Made by a program: the position numbers and the translations under genes
The notes under the pieces: generated by a model
What the model was told of the DNA's origin: nothing
Database searches by the model: none
Seen by the model: only the letters and a program-made list of their open reading frames with translations
In this document: positions 24,677-37,449 of the stretch, one piece after another
Layout: each line of letters opens with the position of its first letter
Numbering within the stretch: position 1 is the stretch's first letter
From: Pristiophorus japonicus
Lineage: Eukaryota
Reading direction: 5' to 3'
Length of the DNA: 64,000 nt
NCBI RefSeq assembly: GCF_044704955.1
Contig: NC_091980.1
Span: forward strand, 287,060,001 to 287,124,000

Positions 24677-27650
24677 ATGAAACGCGGCGCAAGGACCAAG
24701 AACTTCTTACAGGATGAAGTGGAAGCACTAGTTACTGTGGGCTCAATTTTGGCAAGGAGTTGCTCCGTTTGTTTTGGAGTAATTTGGTTTTTCTGGCATA
24801 AGTTAAAAATCCCCATTTTCCCCAATCAATTTGCACCAGTGTAATTGAGTTACTTATGATTTTTTTAGTTTAGTTTTCTTTTCTCAAAAGGGGGCATTAC
24901 CAGCCACCTACGCCAGTTCTGCCCATTTAGGCAACTTTGGCTAGCTAATAGTTACTCCAAATCTACTTAGGCCAGCTTATGTGGCCATTTAGAAAACCCT
25001 TGCGGAGAGTTAAAGAAATCGGTGCAGGTAGGTACACCAGAGGCCATTCGGCCTGGGATAGGGGAAGGAAGCGGAACGGACCTGCCTGCACCTAAACCAC
25101 CAAGCCTTACAAACCATCAAACCTTGCAAACAAAAGGTAATAAGAATTCAATAAGAAATAAAAATTTGAAGTAAGTCCTACCTTCATCTTCAAACTTGGC
25201 CCAGGAAGACAGCGGGCCAGCCGATGCGGGAGGCCACTCGGCCTGGGCTAGGGGCAGGCAGGAGAACTGATAGAAATCATCAGCAGGCAGGAGCACTATC
25301 AATTCTCCTGCCCGACCGCCCCTAGCCCTGGCCGAGAGTCCTCCCGGTGCGATTTTTAAGAGGTCGATCGCACCGGGAGGCCACTCAGCCAGGGCTAGGG
25401 GCGGACGGGCAGGAGAACTGATAGAAATCATCGGCAGGCAGGAGCACTATCAGTTCTTCTGCCCAGCCGCCCCAGCCCAGGCCGAGTGGCCTCCCGGTGT
25501 GATCGATCTCTTAGAAATTGCACTGGGAGGCCACTCGGCCTGGGCTAGGCGTGGTACGACAACGTAGCGGGAGGCCACTCGGACTGGGCTAGGGTCGGGA
25601 GCGATTCAACTGACCGGCATCGGGAGCCACAGAGCGGCTACAGCAAGTAAATCACCGGAGAGGCATCAGCAAGAAAACGGAGAGGCTGGGGCAAACGGAG
25701 AGGCTGGGGGTGAGGAGCTACTGTGCATGCGCGGACATTGCCAGCGGACTCCACTGCACATGTACAGACGACCCGGCACAGTTTTCGGTGCAGAACGCTG
25801 GCTCCACCCCCGACTCAACTGGCCACGCTGCGCGACTACAAGGAAGAGGCCAGACAGCGGTCAAAGTGGCAAGAACATTTTTTGCCTCACTTCGGAATGG
25901 AGAAAAGCGGCGCAACTCCGGTAAGTGTGCCGAAAAACGGGCTGGGCCAAAATTGAGGCCTGTCATTGAGGGCAGATGTCATGAGCTGGACACCAGCCGA
26001 GGTCACATAAAAGTTCCACCAAAAGAAATGAAGAAACGCTGGAACCAACTTGCAGAAGATTACTGTGGAATGGTGACCACCCCGAGGTCTGGAGGCCAGT
26101 GCAAACAGGACCTTGGTCAAGTAGTTAGTGTAAGTAATATTTTCATTTATTCAATGGAATTGCAATTGTGAAGATGACCAGCTGTATATGTCCCACCCAG
26201 CAGAAAGACACCCTCTCTAAAAAGTTATGTTTTCATCTTTGCAGAGGAAAGTGGTACACAACAAACGAGAAAGAACTCGAACAGGAACTCAGCCCTGACA
26301 AATCTGCTGCCACTGACACCCTTGGAAGAGAGGGCCGCTGCTTTGATGGGTCTTGCCAAGAGAAAAGGAACCACCACTGCACAAGCTGGGCCCACACTCG
26401 AAGGAGAAGGTAAGTCATCGAATTTCCACAATCTGGCTTTGCTAAATGTTAAGCACTGCACGGGCTAGCCATGCTTCGGTTCATGGGGATGTTTCCATCA
26501 GCTATGCTTCGGTTAATGCAATGTGCTATCATTCATCGTGATCCTTCAAATCAGCCTGCTGCCTGTGCTTTGTGAGCTTAATCATGCCACCCATCCTGCC
26601 CCCTCGTCTGATGCTAACCATGTGTCTGTTTTGTTATATTTTGCAGAAATTGAGGCCAACCCTGATGATGCAGAAGAAGATTCAGGCCCGAATGATCCTG
26701 AAGAGGAGAACGTCTTCCAATCCCACCTTCCAGACCAAGAGCATGGGGGTGAGGAGGAGGGGGAGGAGATGGATAAATCCCCCAATTTTGTACTCACTCT
26801 GGAGGATGTGCAGGTGCCGTCCATTGAGGTGCCAGCCCCTTCCCTAAATGGTTTGAGTGTTGGTGGGACATTCCATTGTTTCCCACTGTCCGAGGCTGGG
26901 GATTCCAATGGGGTGCAGCGCCACTGGGCCCCACCATCCAAGACTGCAGGTCCCAGTGGGATGCAGCAAGGCACACCCAGGGATCCACTGTCCGATGCTG
27001 CGGGTCCTAATGGGATGCAGTGAGCCGCACCCAGCGTGAGGAGGGGAAGGAGAGCTTGATTGCGCTCTCCTGAGATGCAGGATCTAACTGATGTGGTTCA
27101 GATGATGGCAGTGAGCGCGGAGAGCATTGACCTTACCCGATCACTCCTGGACACCATCAGTGGGATGGGTGATGAGGTATCGGGACTGTCGGGAGAAGTA
27201 ACAACACTCTCGCGAGAAATGGGAACATTGTCCAGGAACATGAGGGAGAGAATGTCACGGGCAGTGGAACAATGTCGGTGCACATAAGGGAGGGAATGTC
27301 GCAGGTATCTGATACACTGTCGGCGAACTTGAGGGAGGAAATGTTGGAGGTAGTTGAGACACTGTCAGGGCACACGAGGGAGGGAATCTTGGAGTTAGCT
27401 GCTGCAATACGGGAACACGCCCATTGACAGAATCAACAGCCACTCCCACTCCAATCCCCAGACCAGCCTCTGAAGAGGCCCAAGCCGGGTCTTCCACATT
27501 ATCGCCTGCCACTCCCCCCATCAAGAAGTGCACATTATGGGAGATGTTCGAAAGAATATGCTTGGTACCAAATCGAGAAATGCTGCGCCATCGCCTGCGG
27601 GCAGGGGGGGGGGGGGAGTCACCAAGACCAAGCGCAGCGGGCAGTCTTCG
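24677..27650 (+). pseudogene. Harbinger Myb/SANT-like (NAIF1-type) DNA-binding protein, 3 exons
   Basis: MKRGARTKNFLQDEVEALVTV|IEGR..KKRWNQLAEDY..PRSGGQCK; GT-AG introns 26130-26244 and 26410-26646; exon 2 RKVVHNKRERTRTG; acidic exon 3. Disrupted by a MITE and frameshifts. Confidence 0.8.
24739..25960. mobile_element. Harbinger-family MITE inside Myb exon 1
   Basis: TIRs GGGCTCAATTTTGGC / GCCAAAATTGAGGCC; perfect TGT TSD (24736-24738, 25961-25963). Confidence 0.9.
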
Positions 27651-27811
27651 AATAAGGTGGAGGAGAGATGGGTGCAGCCTTTCTTTGCTGCTATTGTTAT
27701 TGTTGTTCTTATTATTGTTGTTACTGCTGTAACTGTTCTCAAATTAAACATTTTATATTAAGTTACGTAACTTTACAAGTTTACAAGTTTGTAAGTGATC
27801 TTAAAGTTTTT

Positions 27812-28720
27812 GGGCCCGAAATTGGTCGCCATACCACCCGCAGACCGCCGCATGCCGCCCAAAATCCCAAAATTGATCGAAAAATACCAACATACCGCCC
27901 ACATACCGCCCGGCGGGAAATTCATCAGTGACATATCGCCGGGCGCTATGCATACCATCCGCCCACATGGAGCACCCGACCTACAGACCGCCCAAAGGTC
28001 CGACATCGGTAGCATACCGCCAACATACTACCGGAGCTGCACACTGTCTGTAAAAAGGTGGTTTTATGCCGATGGTATGTCGGCTGTATGTATACTACAA
28101 TGTTCCTCCCCCCCCCCCGCAATGATCTATTCCTCCACCCCCAGCGATCTAGTCCTCCCCCCCACCTCCCGCCAGAGATCTAATGCCCCCAATGATCTAT
28201 TTCTCTCCCCCCAGAGAGGTCTAATCCCCCCCGGAGATCTAATCCCACCCCCAGAGATCTAGTCCTCCCCCCCAGATACCTAGTCCACCCCCCCAGGGAT
28301 CTATTTCACACTCCACCCAGAAAAATGTGAAAATAAATAAGTAAGTAAATAACAATATCAGTATTATAAATAAATCAAAAATACTGCACAAAACCATAAA
28401 AAATCTACACTTACCCAAAGGCACTTATCTGCGACCCAACGTCGGCAGTCTCTGGCCTCCGGATTGCTCTTCTCGGAGGGGTGGTGGAGGGGGTGGGGGA
28501 GGTGGCGGGGACGGAGGTCAATGGAGGAGCGCGCGTGCGCAAGTCCCAGACAACTTACCCTGCACCGTCGGGCCAGACCGTCCATCGCACTCCGCTGACG
28601 CACCGCTCAGGACCGCCCAGATCAATGTTGCCAGCACTCCACCCCAGCGGTATCAGCGGTGTGCAACGACAGGCCACCGGCATACCGCCAAGAAATGGGC
28701 GGACGACCAATTTCGGCCCC
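27812..28720. mobile_element. Harbinger-family MITE between the convergent genes
   Basis: TIRs GGGCCCGAAATTGGTCG / CGACCAATTTCGGCCCC; TTT TSD; internal CCCCCAGAGATCTA repeats at ~28110-28320. Confidence 0.9.
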
Positions 28721-29081
28721 TTTAAGTGATCTTAGAATTCGTAAGTGATCTTGAAGTTTGTAAGTGATCTTAACTGAAACTTTAAAGTTTGATAAAAAGA
28801 ATGTTTTTTATTAAAGTTAAGTTAAGTACAAACAAATGTTGGCTAAATTTTTGAATAAAATATATTTAAAATTATAACTGAATCATTTACATTATTTGTT
28901 CCATTATTAACAACATTTTGAACTAAGGAAGAATCATTTCCATTACTTGTTCTATTATTAACACAACGTTTTGAAGTAAAAAAGAATCATTTCCATAATT
29001 TGTTCCATTTACACAACACAACATTATGGAACAGGTCCAAACAGTAACGATGGTCCATTTGGAATAGTTGCCACTGAGCCT

Positions 29082-30658
29082 TCAGGCAACAAAGCTTTCA
29101 CGGATGAGCTGCTGACACAAGGCTCGAGCAACCTTTAAAGGGTCAGATGGTCACCCTCCTCTGCCGTCGTGCTCCAGATTCAGGTAGTTGCATGGCATCC
29201 TCATCCTCCTCTTCCTCGTCATCTGCATCTTCCTCCTCATCATCAGCCACTCTCACCTCAGGTGGGTCTTCTCCTACCAGCTGCTGCTGCCTCATGATGG
29301 CTAAGTTATGCAGCCTGTAGGACACAACAGTGAACTGACCGACAACCTCAGGGCAGTATTGCAAGTAACCTCCGGAATGGTTCAGGCATCAGAAACGCTC
29401 CTTCAAGATGCCAATGGTGCTCTCAATGATGCTGCGCATCGCAATGTGCGACATGCTGTATTCCCGGTCAGCTCCGTCCAGGTTACGCGTAGGGGTGTCA
29501 TGAGCCAGGTGGCGAGGCCGTACCCTTTGTCTCCCAGTAGCCAGCTCTGCTCTTCTGGCTGCTGCTGAACCATGGCAGATATAACGCTCTCGCGTAGGAT
29601 GAACGCATCATGGGTGCTGCCAGGGTATCTTGCATCAACTGACATGTCGTCACACACGAGCTGCACATGTAATGGAGTGGAAGCCTTTTTTGTTCCTGTA
29701 CATCTCGGAATCCTCCAAAGGTGCTCGCAAGACGATGTGGGTACAATCAATGCAACCCTCTACCTTAGGGAAGCCAGCAATCCTGGAGAAGCCCACAGCC
29801 CTTTCATACATTGCTTGGGCGGTCATGGGGAACTTTATGTAGTCATTCCTCCGGGCATATAGTGCAGCAGTCACCTGCCGAATGCAGATATGTGTTGCAT
29901 GTTGAGAAATGATGCACACATCCCCAGTTATAGTTTGGCACGATCTAGATGCATAGAATGAAAGTGTAGCTGTAACCTTCACTTCAACTGACAAAGCAGT
30001 CCTCCTGACGCTTCTAGGTTGCAGGTCTGCTTTTCCTAACTCAAAGATCCCAGTTACAACTTCCTTGCGGACATGCAGTCTACTGACACAGCCTGCATCA
30101 CTCAGGTGCATGTACGAATGTCTTACGTGATATACGATTAACATTATGAAGGGGCTTGACAAGGTGGATGCAGAGAGGATGTTTCCACTAATAGGGGAGA
30201 CTAAAACTAGGGGCATAATCTTAGAATAAGGGGCCGCCCAGTTAAAACAGATGAGGAGGAATTTCTTCTCTCAGAGGGTTGTAAATCTGTGGAATTCACT
30301 GCCTCAGAGAGCTGTGCAAGCTGGTACATTGAATAAATTTAAGACACAGACAAACCATTTCTTAACTCATAAGGGAATAAGGGGTTATGGGGAGCAGGCA
30401 GGAAGTGGACCTGAGTCCATGATTGGACCAGCCATGATCGTATTAAATGGCGGAGCAGGCGTGAGTGGCCGTATGGCCTACTCCTGCTCCGATTTCTTAT
30501 GTTTTTATGTTCTTATACCCAACATGAGTAAGGCCTCCTGCCCATCACCCGATGTGCTCTGAGCTTCCTCATGCGATGACGTCGAACCAGTTGTCTCCTC
30601 CGTAGCACCTTTTGCAGTATGCTTGCACAAGATATGGCATTGTCAGTATTGCCCCCAT
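29082..30658 (-). pseudogene. Harbinger (HARBI1-like) transposase, inactivated
   Basis: SVEVKVTATLSFYAS, GFPKVEGCIDCTHI, YPGSTHDAFIL, LLGDKGY; frameshifts plus a CR1 insertion. Confidence 0.9.
30136..30513 (+). mobile_element. CR1 3' end inserted in the transposase
   Basis: MRRNFFSQRVVNLWNSLP; tail present; TATAC duplicated at 30131-30135 and 30514-30518. Confidence 0.9.
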
Positions 30659-31873
30659 GATTAAACTGTACCTTTGCAAGAAGCTCAAAATAGCAGACGG
30701 GACAATTCTTTGTTCTCTCTCCCCAAGTATGGACCACACCCAGGTCTGAGCAGCTGTATTAATCGGGAACCTCCCCCTTCCCTCCCCCGCCCCGGGCTTC
30801 ATTTGATGCGCAGTGTAGGCTTCTCATGTCATGCCTTCCGTTTACCTTCCACAGTGCCCCACCCCTCCCGGAGCTTCTTTTCAAGCCGAGCTCCGAGCCC
30901 CTGTGTCCGGGCGAGGGACCGATTCTGCCGGCCAATGCTCCGACCCTCGAGCCCGGTTTGGAGACGTTCGCTGGCGGCATGTCAGTTTTTTAAAAAAATG
31001 AAAACTTAAAGAATTCCATTAAACATCCATTTCTTGCATTTTAAGTTTAAAAAATTTAAGCTTGCTTATGGATATTGACGTGTTCTTGACTCCCTCCAAA
31101 ACATCGCATAAAAACAATGGCGTCTATCTGCGTCGATTCTTTCATGTGCGCTGGTTTCTCTTAAGTGCCCAGAATGTTTTTCGGGAGTGGTCACATGCGC
31201 CGTCCTAGGAGAAATTTAAATTGGCCAAACTTGCACAATTGTGAAGAACTGGCACAGGCATCAGCTTACTCCCCCTATGATGTAAAAAAAAACTTTTAAA
31301 AATCGTAACTAACTGAGTTACGCTGGCACACAAAGATTGGGAAAACTTGAATTTTTAAAATTTCGGCCTAAAAAAGCAGCGCGTTCCAAAAAAACGGCAC
31401 AAATCACTGGGGAAAATTGAGCCCACAAAGATACTGATATTTTCGGCAGAAACGTGACACCGGTATCTGAGATTTGAATGTTCTCCGACTCGCCCCTGAT
31501 CACATTGGGTTAATGTTGTATGGAGTCTGGCCTGACTAGAGTTCGCTGTTTATTTCCAGTTCATTAATATTAGATTACAGGTGTGTGGAATTTATTGCCA
31601 ATGTTTATTACGTTTTTAAATGCACTTCCTGCTGCTGCACATGATTCTCCTCACAGCGACAGCTCCAGAGAGCTTGGAGCCGGAGAGAAGCTGCAACCAC
31701 TGCTGCTTTTTATTACGAGCCCAGTCCCTCCTGCGGGTTTCCATGTACGCCTGGTAAGACTCTCCGAGTAAACAAAAGATGGAAATGAAAGGCTAAAGAA
31801 CATGCCTGAAAATTCCACGGAGGTTTCCCCGCTCTCCTGTTGCAGCTTTGAGCGGAACTACCAGAGAAACAAC

Positions 31874-32645
31874 GGGGCCAAAATTGCCCCTTCTGATAAG
31901 GCCTCTGAAAGCAGCGGACAGGGGGTGGCGCAGAATGGCTGCCGAGTCTCCGTGGAGGGGCCGCCATTTTAAACATTGCCCGTCCTCAGGATCGGAGCGG
32001 TGTGTAGGGGACTGCTCCAACCGTTTTCCTGCCGCGGCCTGCACGCGCCGGCCCCCTTATCGACCGGCGGCGAGCCCTTCCCGAAATTGCACCGCGGGAA
32101 ATATCCCTTTTGTGGGATTGCCCCACGGGAGCGGCTCTGCTGCCGGTCGGTGCCCCCGACAGCTTTTTCTGTCGGTGCACTTCTTGTTGGTCGACGGCGC
32201 GGCCGCTCTTAAAGGGGAAGTGGCGCTGCCGGCGACGCCATTTTATTTTTTATTTTCGGCTGACTGCCATGTCGCGTCGACAATTATGCCCCCCCCCCAC
32301 CGGGTTCGGCCGGGCCGCCAACAGGCAGCCTGGCACCCCCACTTGGGTGCCAAGCCACTAGCCCGGCCAAAACCGTCCCTGGTGGCCCAGTGGACCCATG
32401 TGAAAAATATGTAGAGCTCACAGCGGCCCTACCCTTTAACTGAAGGGGAGGGATGTTGTTACGTGTTAGTGCAGCGCTGATGACTGGTCGGCGCAGCAGA
32501 CCCGCTGTAAGGGCATTCCGTCCCGACCAAAAAAAACTTCAAAGTGCAGAATATTGACGGCATCTCTGCCACATGGGTTGCGGTGGAGAAAAACTTAAAA
32601 GAAGGGAGGGCTCTCCCCGTTTTGGGCGGTGGGCAATTCGGCCCC
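31874..32645. mobile_element. Harbinger-family MITE, CpG-rich
   Basis: TIRs GGGGCCAAAATTGCCC / GGGCAATTCGGCCCC; flanks AAC/AGC. Confidence 0.8.
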
Positions 32646-32841
32646 AGCTTGAACAACTGAAAACAGGCATTGGCACCATTTCATCAAGCATCGCGCGAAT
32701 CTTCCACCCGGGTTACAATGGAAGATCGAGAGAAGCCTTGTAGAATTTCTTCCCCCTTTTTAGCTTGCTCCTGGACGATTCATATTCATTGATAATGGCG
32801 GTGGGGGGAGGGGGGGATGCGAGGAGATTGGAACGATTCTA

Positions 32842-33138
32842 TGGGGAAGAAATTCAACATACGCCCGTTTCTGCACCGTTAAATGGGCGTTATACCTCAA
32901 AATTTTACGTTGTGATCTGTCACACCCCAATCTGGGCTGGAAGTGCATCAGATGCCACATTGGCTCGAGTGAAGTTTAGTTGTCTCTTTGCCTGCCTGAA
33001 ACAGGGTCGGCCGTCCTTTTTACATCTCTCCCGATTCTGTTGACTTCAGCGGAAATGAAAATCGGTAGAAATGTATAACGGGCTGCCGTTTCACTATCAT
33101 CCGTTTTACTCTACCCCACAAAGACAAAATGACTCCCA
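32842..33138. mobile_element. Degenerate MITE with internal hairpin
   Basis: Starts GGGGAAGAAATTC and ends AAAATGACTCCC; hairpin at ~33000-33092. Confidence 0.4.
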
Positions 33139-33409
33139 TTGATTGTCAGTGGTAAACCTTCATCATCATCCAACAGGCAGGGCACTACTTCAGGGAGGAG
33201 TTTGTCCAGTATATCTTTCCCTCTTTCCCCCTTTCCTACCAGATGAAACACTATTGCGTATCATTCCAAGTAAGAGTTTGGCCAGGCACTAAAATAAATC
33301 ACCTACAGGCCAGGCATTGAGGGCACTCCACTTGGGATCAAAACGTTCCATCACTAGAGCTACCTACCATCCATTGTTTGTAATATTTATTGATCAATGA
33401 AAGATAAAG

Positions 33410-35732
33410 CCATCTCTGACCATTTCCTTGTATCACTCTCGACCCTCATGCCCCTTCCCCAATCCAAACCTACTTCCTTCTGCATCCGCCCCTGGAAAAA
33501 ACTCTCCAAACTCTCTTACAACTGCACTTATCAACTCCAAACTGTCCAACCTTTGGCCCTCTTTTAACAATGACATTTCTTCAGCCACCGATCTGCTCAA
33601 TCACACTCTCACTAACACCTTTGATGCCCTAGTCTCTATTAAAATGATTACTCTCCCCCGTTCCCCCTGGTACAGCCCTCATCTTCGTCCCCTCAAGTCA
33701 AAAGGGCGTAGACTTGAACGGATGTGGCGGACAACTGGTTTAACCATTCACTGCCAGATCTGGCTCGAACACATAAAACACTATCGTTTCTTACTCTTGT
33801 CTACAAAAACTGCTCACTATTCCAGAATTATTCTGGATTGCAAAAATAGGCTAGTATTCTCTACTGCTAATGGTCTCCTTGAACCCCTCTCCCCTGTCTC
33901 CATCACACTCACCTCCAACAACAAATGTGAGGATCTCCTGAACATCTTTGTATCAAAGATTGAGACCATCTGATCAGCTGCCTCTGCGAGTTCACTTCTT
34001 TCATCTAGCCCACAGGGCCAAACTTCCTCTACGACTCCCACCTGCCCTAGCCCTAAACATATCTTTTTCTAGTTTCTCTTTGATCTCCCCACTTAATCTC
34101 TCCAAACTCATTTTATCCATGAGACCCACTTCCTGCTCTCTTGACCCCACTAAACTGCTGACCACCTAACTTCCTTTTCTGGCTCCCATGTTAGCCGACA
34201 TTGTTAATGGCTCTCTGTCCTCAGGTACTGTTCCCCTCTCCTTCAAATCTGCCGTCATCACCCCTCGCCTCAAAAAACCAACCCTTGACCCCACTTTGCT
34301 TGCAAGCTATCGCCCCATCTCCAACCTCCCTTTCCTGTCCAAAGTACTTGAACATGTTGTTGCCTCCCAAATCCGTGACCATCTTTCCATGAATTCAATG
34401 TTTGAAACCCTTCAATGTGGCTTTCGCCCAGGCCACAGTACCGAAACTGCTCCCATCAAAGTCACAAATGACATCCTTTGTGGCTGTGGCAAAGGTAAAC
34501 TATCCCTCCTCGTCCTTCTGGACCTGTCTGCAGCCTTTGACACAGTTGACCACTCTATCCTCCTCCAACGCATCTCCACCAATGTCCAGCTGGGTGGGAT
34601 TGCACTCACTTGGTTCCATTTGTATCTATCTAATCGTAGCCAGAAAATCTCCAGCAATGGCTTCTCTTCTGGTGCCCCCCAAAGATCTGTGCTTGGCTCC
34701 CCCTTAATTCTCAACTATATACTGCCCCTTGGCGATATCATCCGAAAACACGGAGTCAGTGTCCACATGTACGCAGACGACACCCAGTTCTACCACTCCA
34801 CCACTTCTGTTGACCTATGTTTGGTACCTAAATTGTTAGATTGCTTGTCCGACATCCAGTACGTGATGAGCAGAAATTTTCTCCAAATAAATATTGGGAA
34901 GACCAAAGCCATTATCTTTGGTCCCTGCCACAAACTGCGTTCACTAACCACTGACTCCATCCCTCTCCAAGCATCAATCTGAGGGTAAACAAGACTGTTC
35001 ACAACCTAGGTGTCATATTTGACAAAGTGAGTTTCCAGCCACATATCCACGGCATAACTAAAACCGCCTTTTTCCACCTCTCTAACATTGCCCGCCTCCG
35101 CCCCTGCTTCAGCCTCAGCTCTTCTGCTGCTGAAACCCTCATTCATGCCTTTGTTACCTCTAGACTTGACTACTCCAACTCACTCCTAGCCAGCCTTCCA
35201 TATTCCACACTACGTAAACTTGAAGTCATCCAAAACTCAGCAACCCGTGTACTAACCCGCACCAAGTCAAGATCACCCATCACCCCTGTGCTTTCTGACC
35301 TACATTGGCTCCCAGTTAAACAACGCCTCGATTTAAAAATTCTCATCCTTGTTTACAAATCACTCCATGGACTTGCCCCTCCCTATCTCTGTAATCTTTT
35401 TCAGCCTCACAATCCCACAAGATGCCTACACTCCTCAAATTCTGGCCTCTTGAACATCCCTCATTATAACTGCTCAACCATCGATGGCCATGCCGTCATC
35501 TGCCTGGGCCCTAAGCTCTGGAACTCCCTCCCTAAACCTCTTCACCTCTCTACTGCTCTTTCCTCCTTTAAGACACTCCTTAAAACCTACCTCTTTGACC
35601 AAGCTTTTGATCATCTGCCTTAATTTCTTCTGTGGCTCAGTGTCAAATTTATCTGTAACACTGTTGTGAAGCACCTTGGAATGTTTTACTACGTTAAAGA
35701 CGCTATATAAATAAAAGTTATTATTATTATTT
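33410..35732 (+). mobile_element. L2 LINE ORF2, 5'-truncated and decayed
   Basis: YRPISNLPFLSKVLE, LLDLSAAFDTVDH, MYADDTQ, HAFVTSRLDYSNSLL, LHWLPV; TTA repeat tail. Confidence 0.95.
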
Positions 35733-35738
35733 AATATT

Positions 35739-36468
35739 GGCCTGGATTTTGCACTGGTCATGACAGAAAAACTGTCATCGTTTGACATCATTATCCCTCT
35801 GAAATTGACCGTAACTTCAGGTTTTAGTGAATGAGTAGATAAATATGAAAATCCTGAAGTTGCGGTCAGTCATTCCCTGCTCCACCAGAGGCTGCGCTGT
35901 GGAACTCCCCATAGCCAGCAATCAGTGAAATCAGTTGAACTGGTGAAAACTTGAACTTTTCCACTGTATTATCACTGTTAAATACCCCATAAAATGTTGA
36001 GCCTCGGGAATAGCTCTAACTGGGGTTTTAATAGCATATTGACTGCTGAACAACTGTTCTGGCTCTAAAAAAACTAATTTTATATTTGTGGAATATCAAA
36101 TTTCTGCTATATGATAAAAAAATTACTAGATTTTTAATGTAACAAAAATATTTCATTTTTTTTTTAAAGTTTGTTAATGATATTTCAGCTTCTCCCTTAA
36201 CCACAGTTATTTTGCTCTCCGTAAAAAATTTAAAAGTGAATGATAATCAGTGCTTTTTATTTCCTGGTTTGCTGTCTGTGAGAATTCTTTCATGTGATTG
36301 GCTGCTGAGACAACATGATGACATCACTGCTAATGTACACTGGGGATCCCCTTTTGACAGCCCGACAACCAAATTAAGGTTGAGAAAGCAAACATTTTCG
36401 CCACAGAGATTGCGAGATCTTTGTGGGCACCTTTCTTCGAGGTAAGTGCTGACCACAAATTACAGGCC
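35739..36468. mobile_element. Probable Harbinger-type MITE
   Basis: Imperfect TIRs GGCCTGGATTTTGC / CACAAATTACAGGCC. Confidence 0.55.
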
Positions 36469-36771
36469 AATGTGTTATTTCTTAAGTGCCATTATTCAAA
36501 CTAAAATAATCAGACCATTCAATTTCGTTTTGATTTTTTTTACACAAAATAACAATTTAGTTGACAATAGGTAATTGTCACGGAGCTACAGTTGGCAAGA
36601 TCTGGAAGGGAAATTCAAAATAATGGCAGACACAAAGAGTGTTATATCAAAAATTAATGCCCAAGGTACATAGGTGCAAATGAAAAATAGAAGGAAGCAC
36701 AGAATAAACCAACTGAGGATTACAATATGGAGAAACGAACCAGTGATAATGATAGGAACATTTAAACAGGA

Positions 36772-36961
36772 AGTCTTGAACTTACATGGGGGTTGTCCCA
36801 ATCACCTGGCGTAACTTTAGTGAGTGATCAGCCAAAGCCCTGGAGAAACAGCATAAACGGCCATTTTCATCCATGTATGCTGTTTCTCTGGGGACATTGG
36901 TGATCTCCCTCTTAAGTTACGGCAGAAGATTAGGACAACCCCTATGGAAAATTACAGGGCC
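36772..36961. mobile_element. Palindromic (foldback) MITE
   Basis: ~85-bp imperfect arms: GGGGTTGTCCCAATC..CGTAACTT..GAGAAACAGCATA / TATGCTGTTTCTC..AAGTTACG..GATTAGGACAACCCC. Confidence 0.7.
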
Positions 36962-37449
36962 TGGATAGCCATGTATAAGGACAAGAATTGGTTAAGGAGG
37001 CAGCTCTCCTCAAGTAAAAGAGTCTGCGAAGAACGTGACAAACAAACAACACAATGACTTAAATCACACCAAGAGTGCATGATATCATTGCAACAATGTG
37101 ACCCTGAACTTTTCACGCTCTCCAAATCAAAGGAGATTTGTGAAATCCAATTTTCAATAACAATGGAGGCTTGTTTGTCCTTTTTCTGATCCTAAACATT
37201 CTTATGTTCAATTGTACAGCAATTCCTTCCTATCTGGTTCATGTCTGTTAAAATCCAGTGAATTCCAAAAATAAGTCTTTTGCTCAAAATTGAAGTTGAA
37301 AATTGCACCGGTAATAGAACTCTTTAGGAATGTTACTCCCACATGGGATATTGTCCCTCTAAAATATACGTGTGGTGCATGGTCTGCACTATAGAGACTC
37401 TTTTCAGCAGGGCACATGTTTTCAGGGCATCATCTCCTCTCTCCAACAC

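Larger units (their letters stand above)
24328..31424. mobile_element. PIF/Harbinger DNA transposon, two-gene, decayed, with three nested inserts
   Basis: TIRs GGGCTCAGTTTTCCCCA / TGGGGAAAATTGAGCCC; convergent Myb/SANT-like gene (+) and DDE transposase (-). Flanking triplets (TAT/ACA) do not match. Confidence 0.9.

Noticed and set aside
31848-32414. 188-aa ORF and other GC-rich ORFs in MITEs
   Set aside because: Stop-poor GC-rich non-coding MITE sequence with no recognisable domain.
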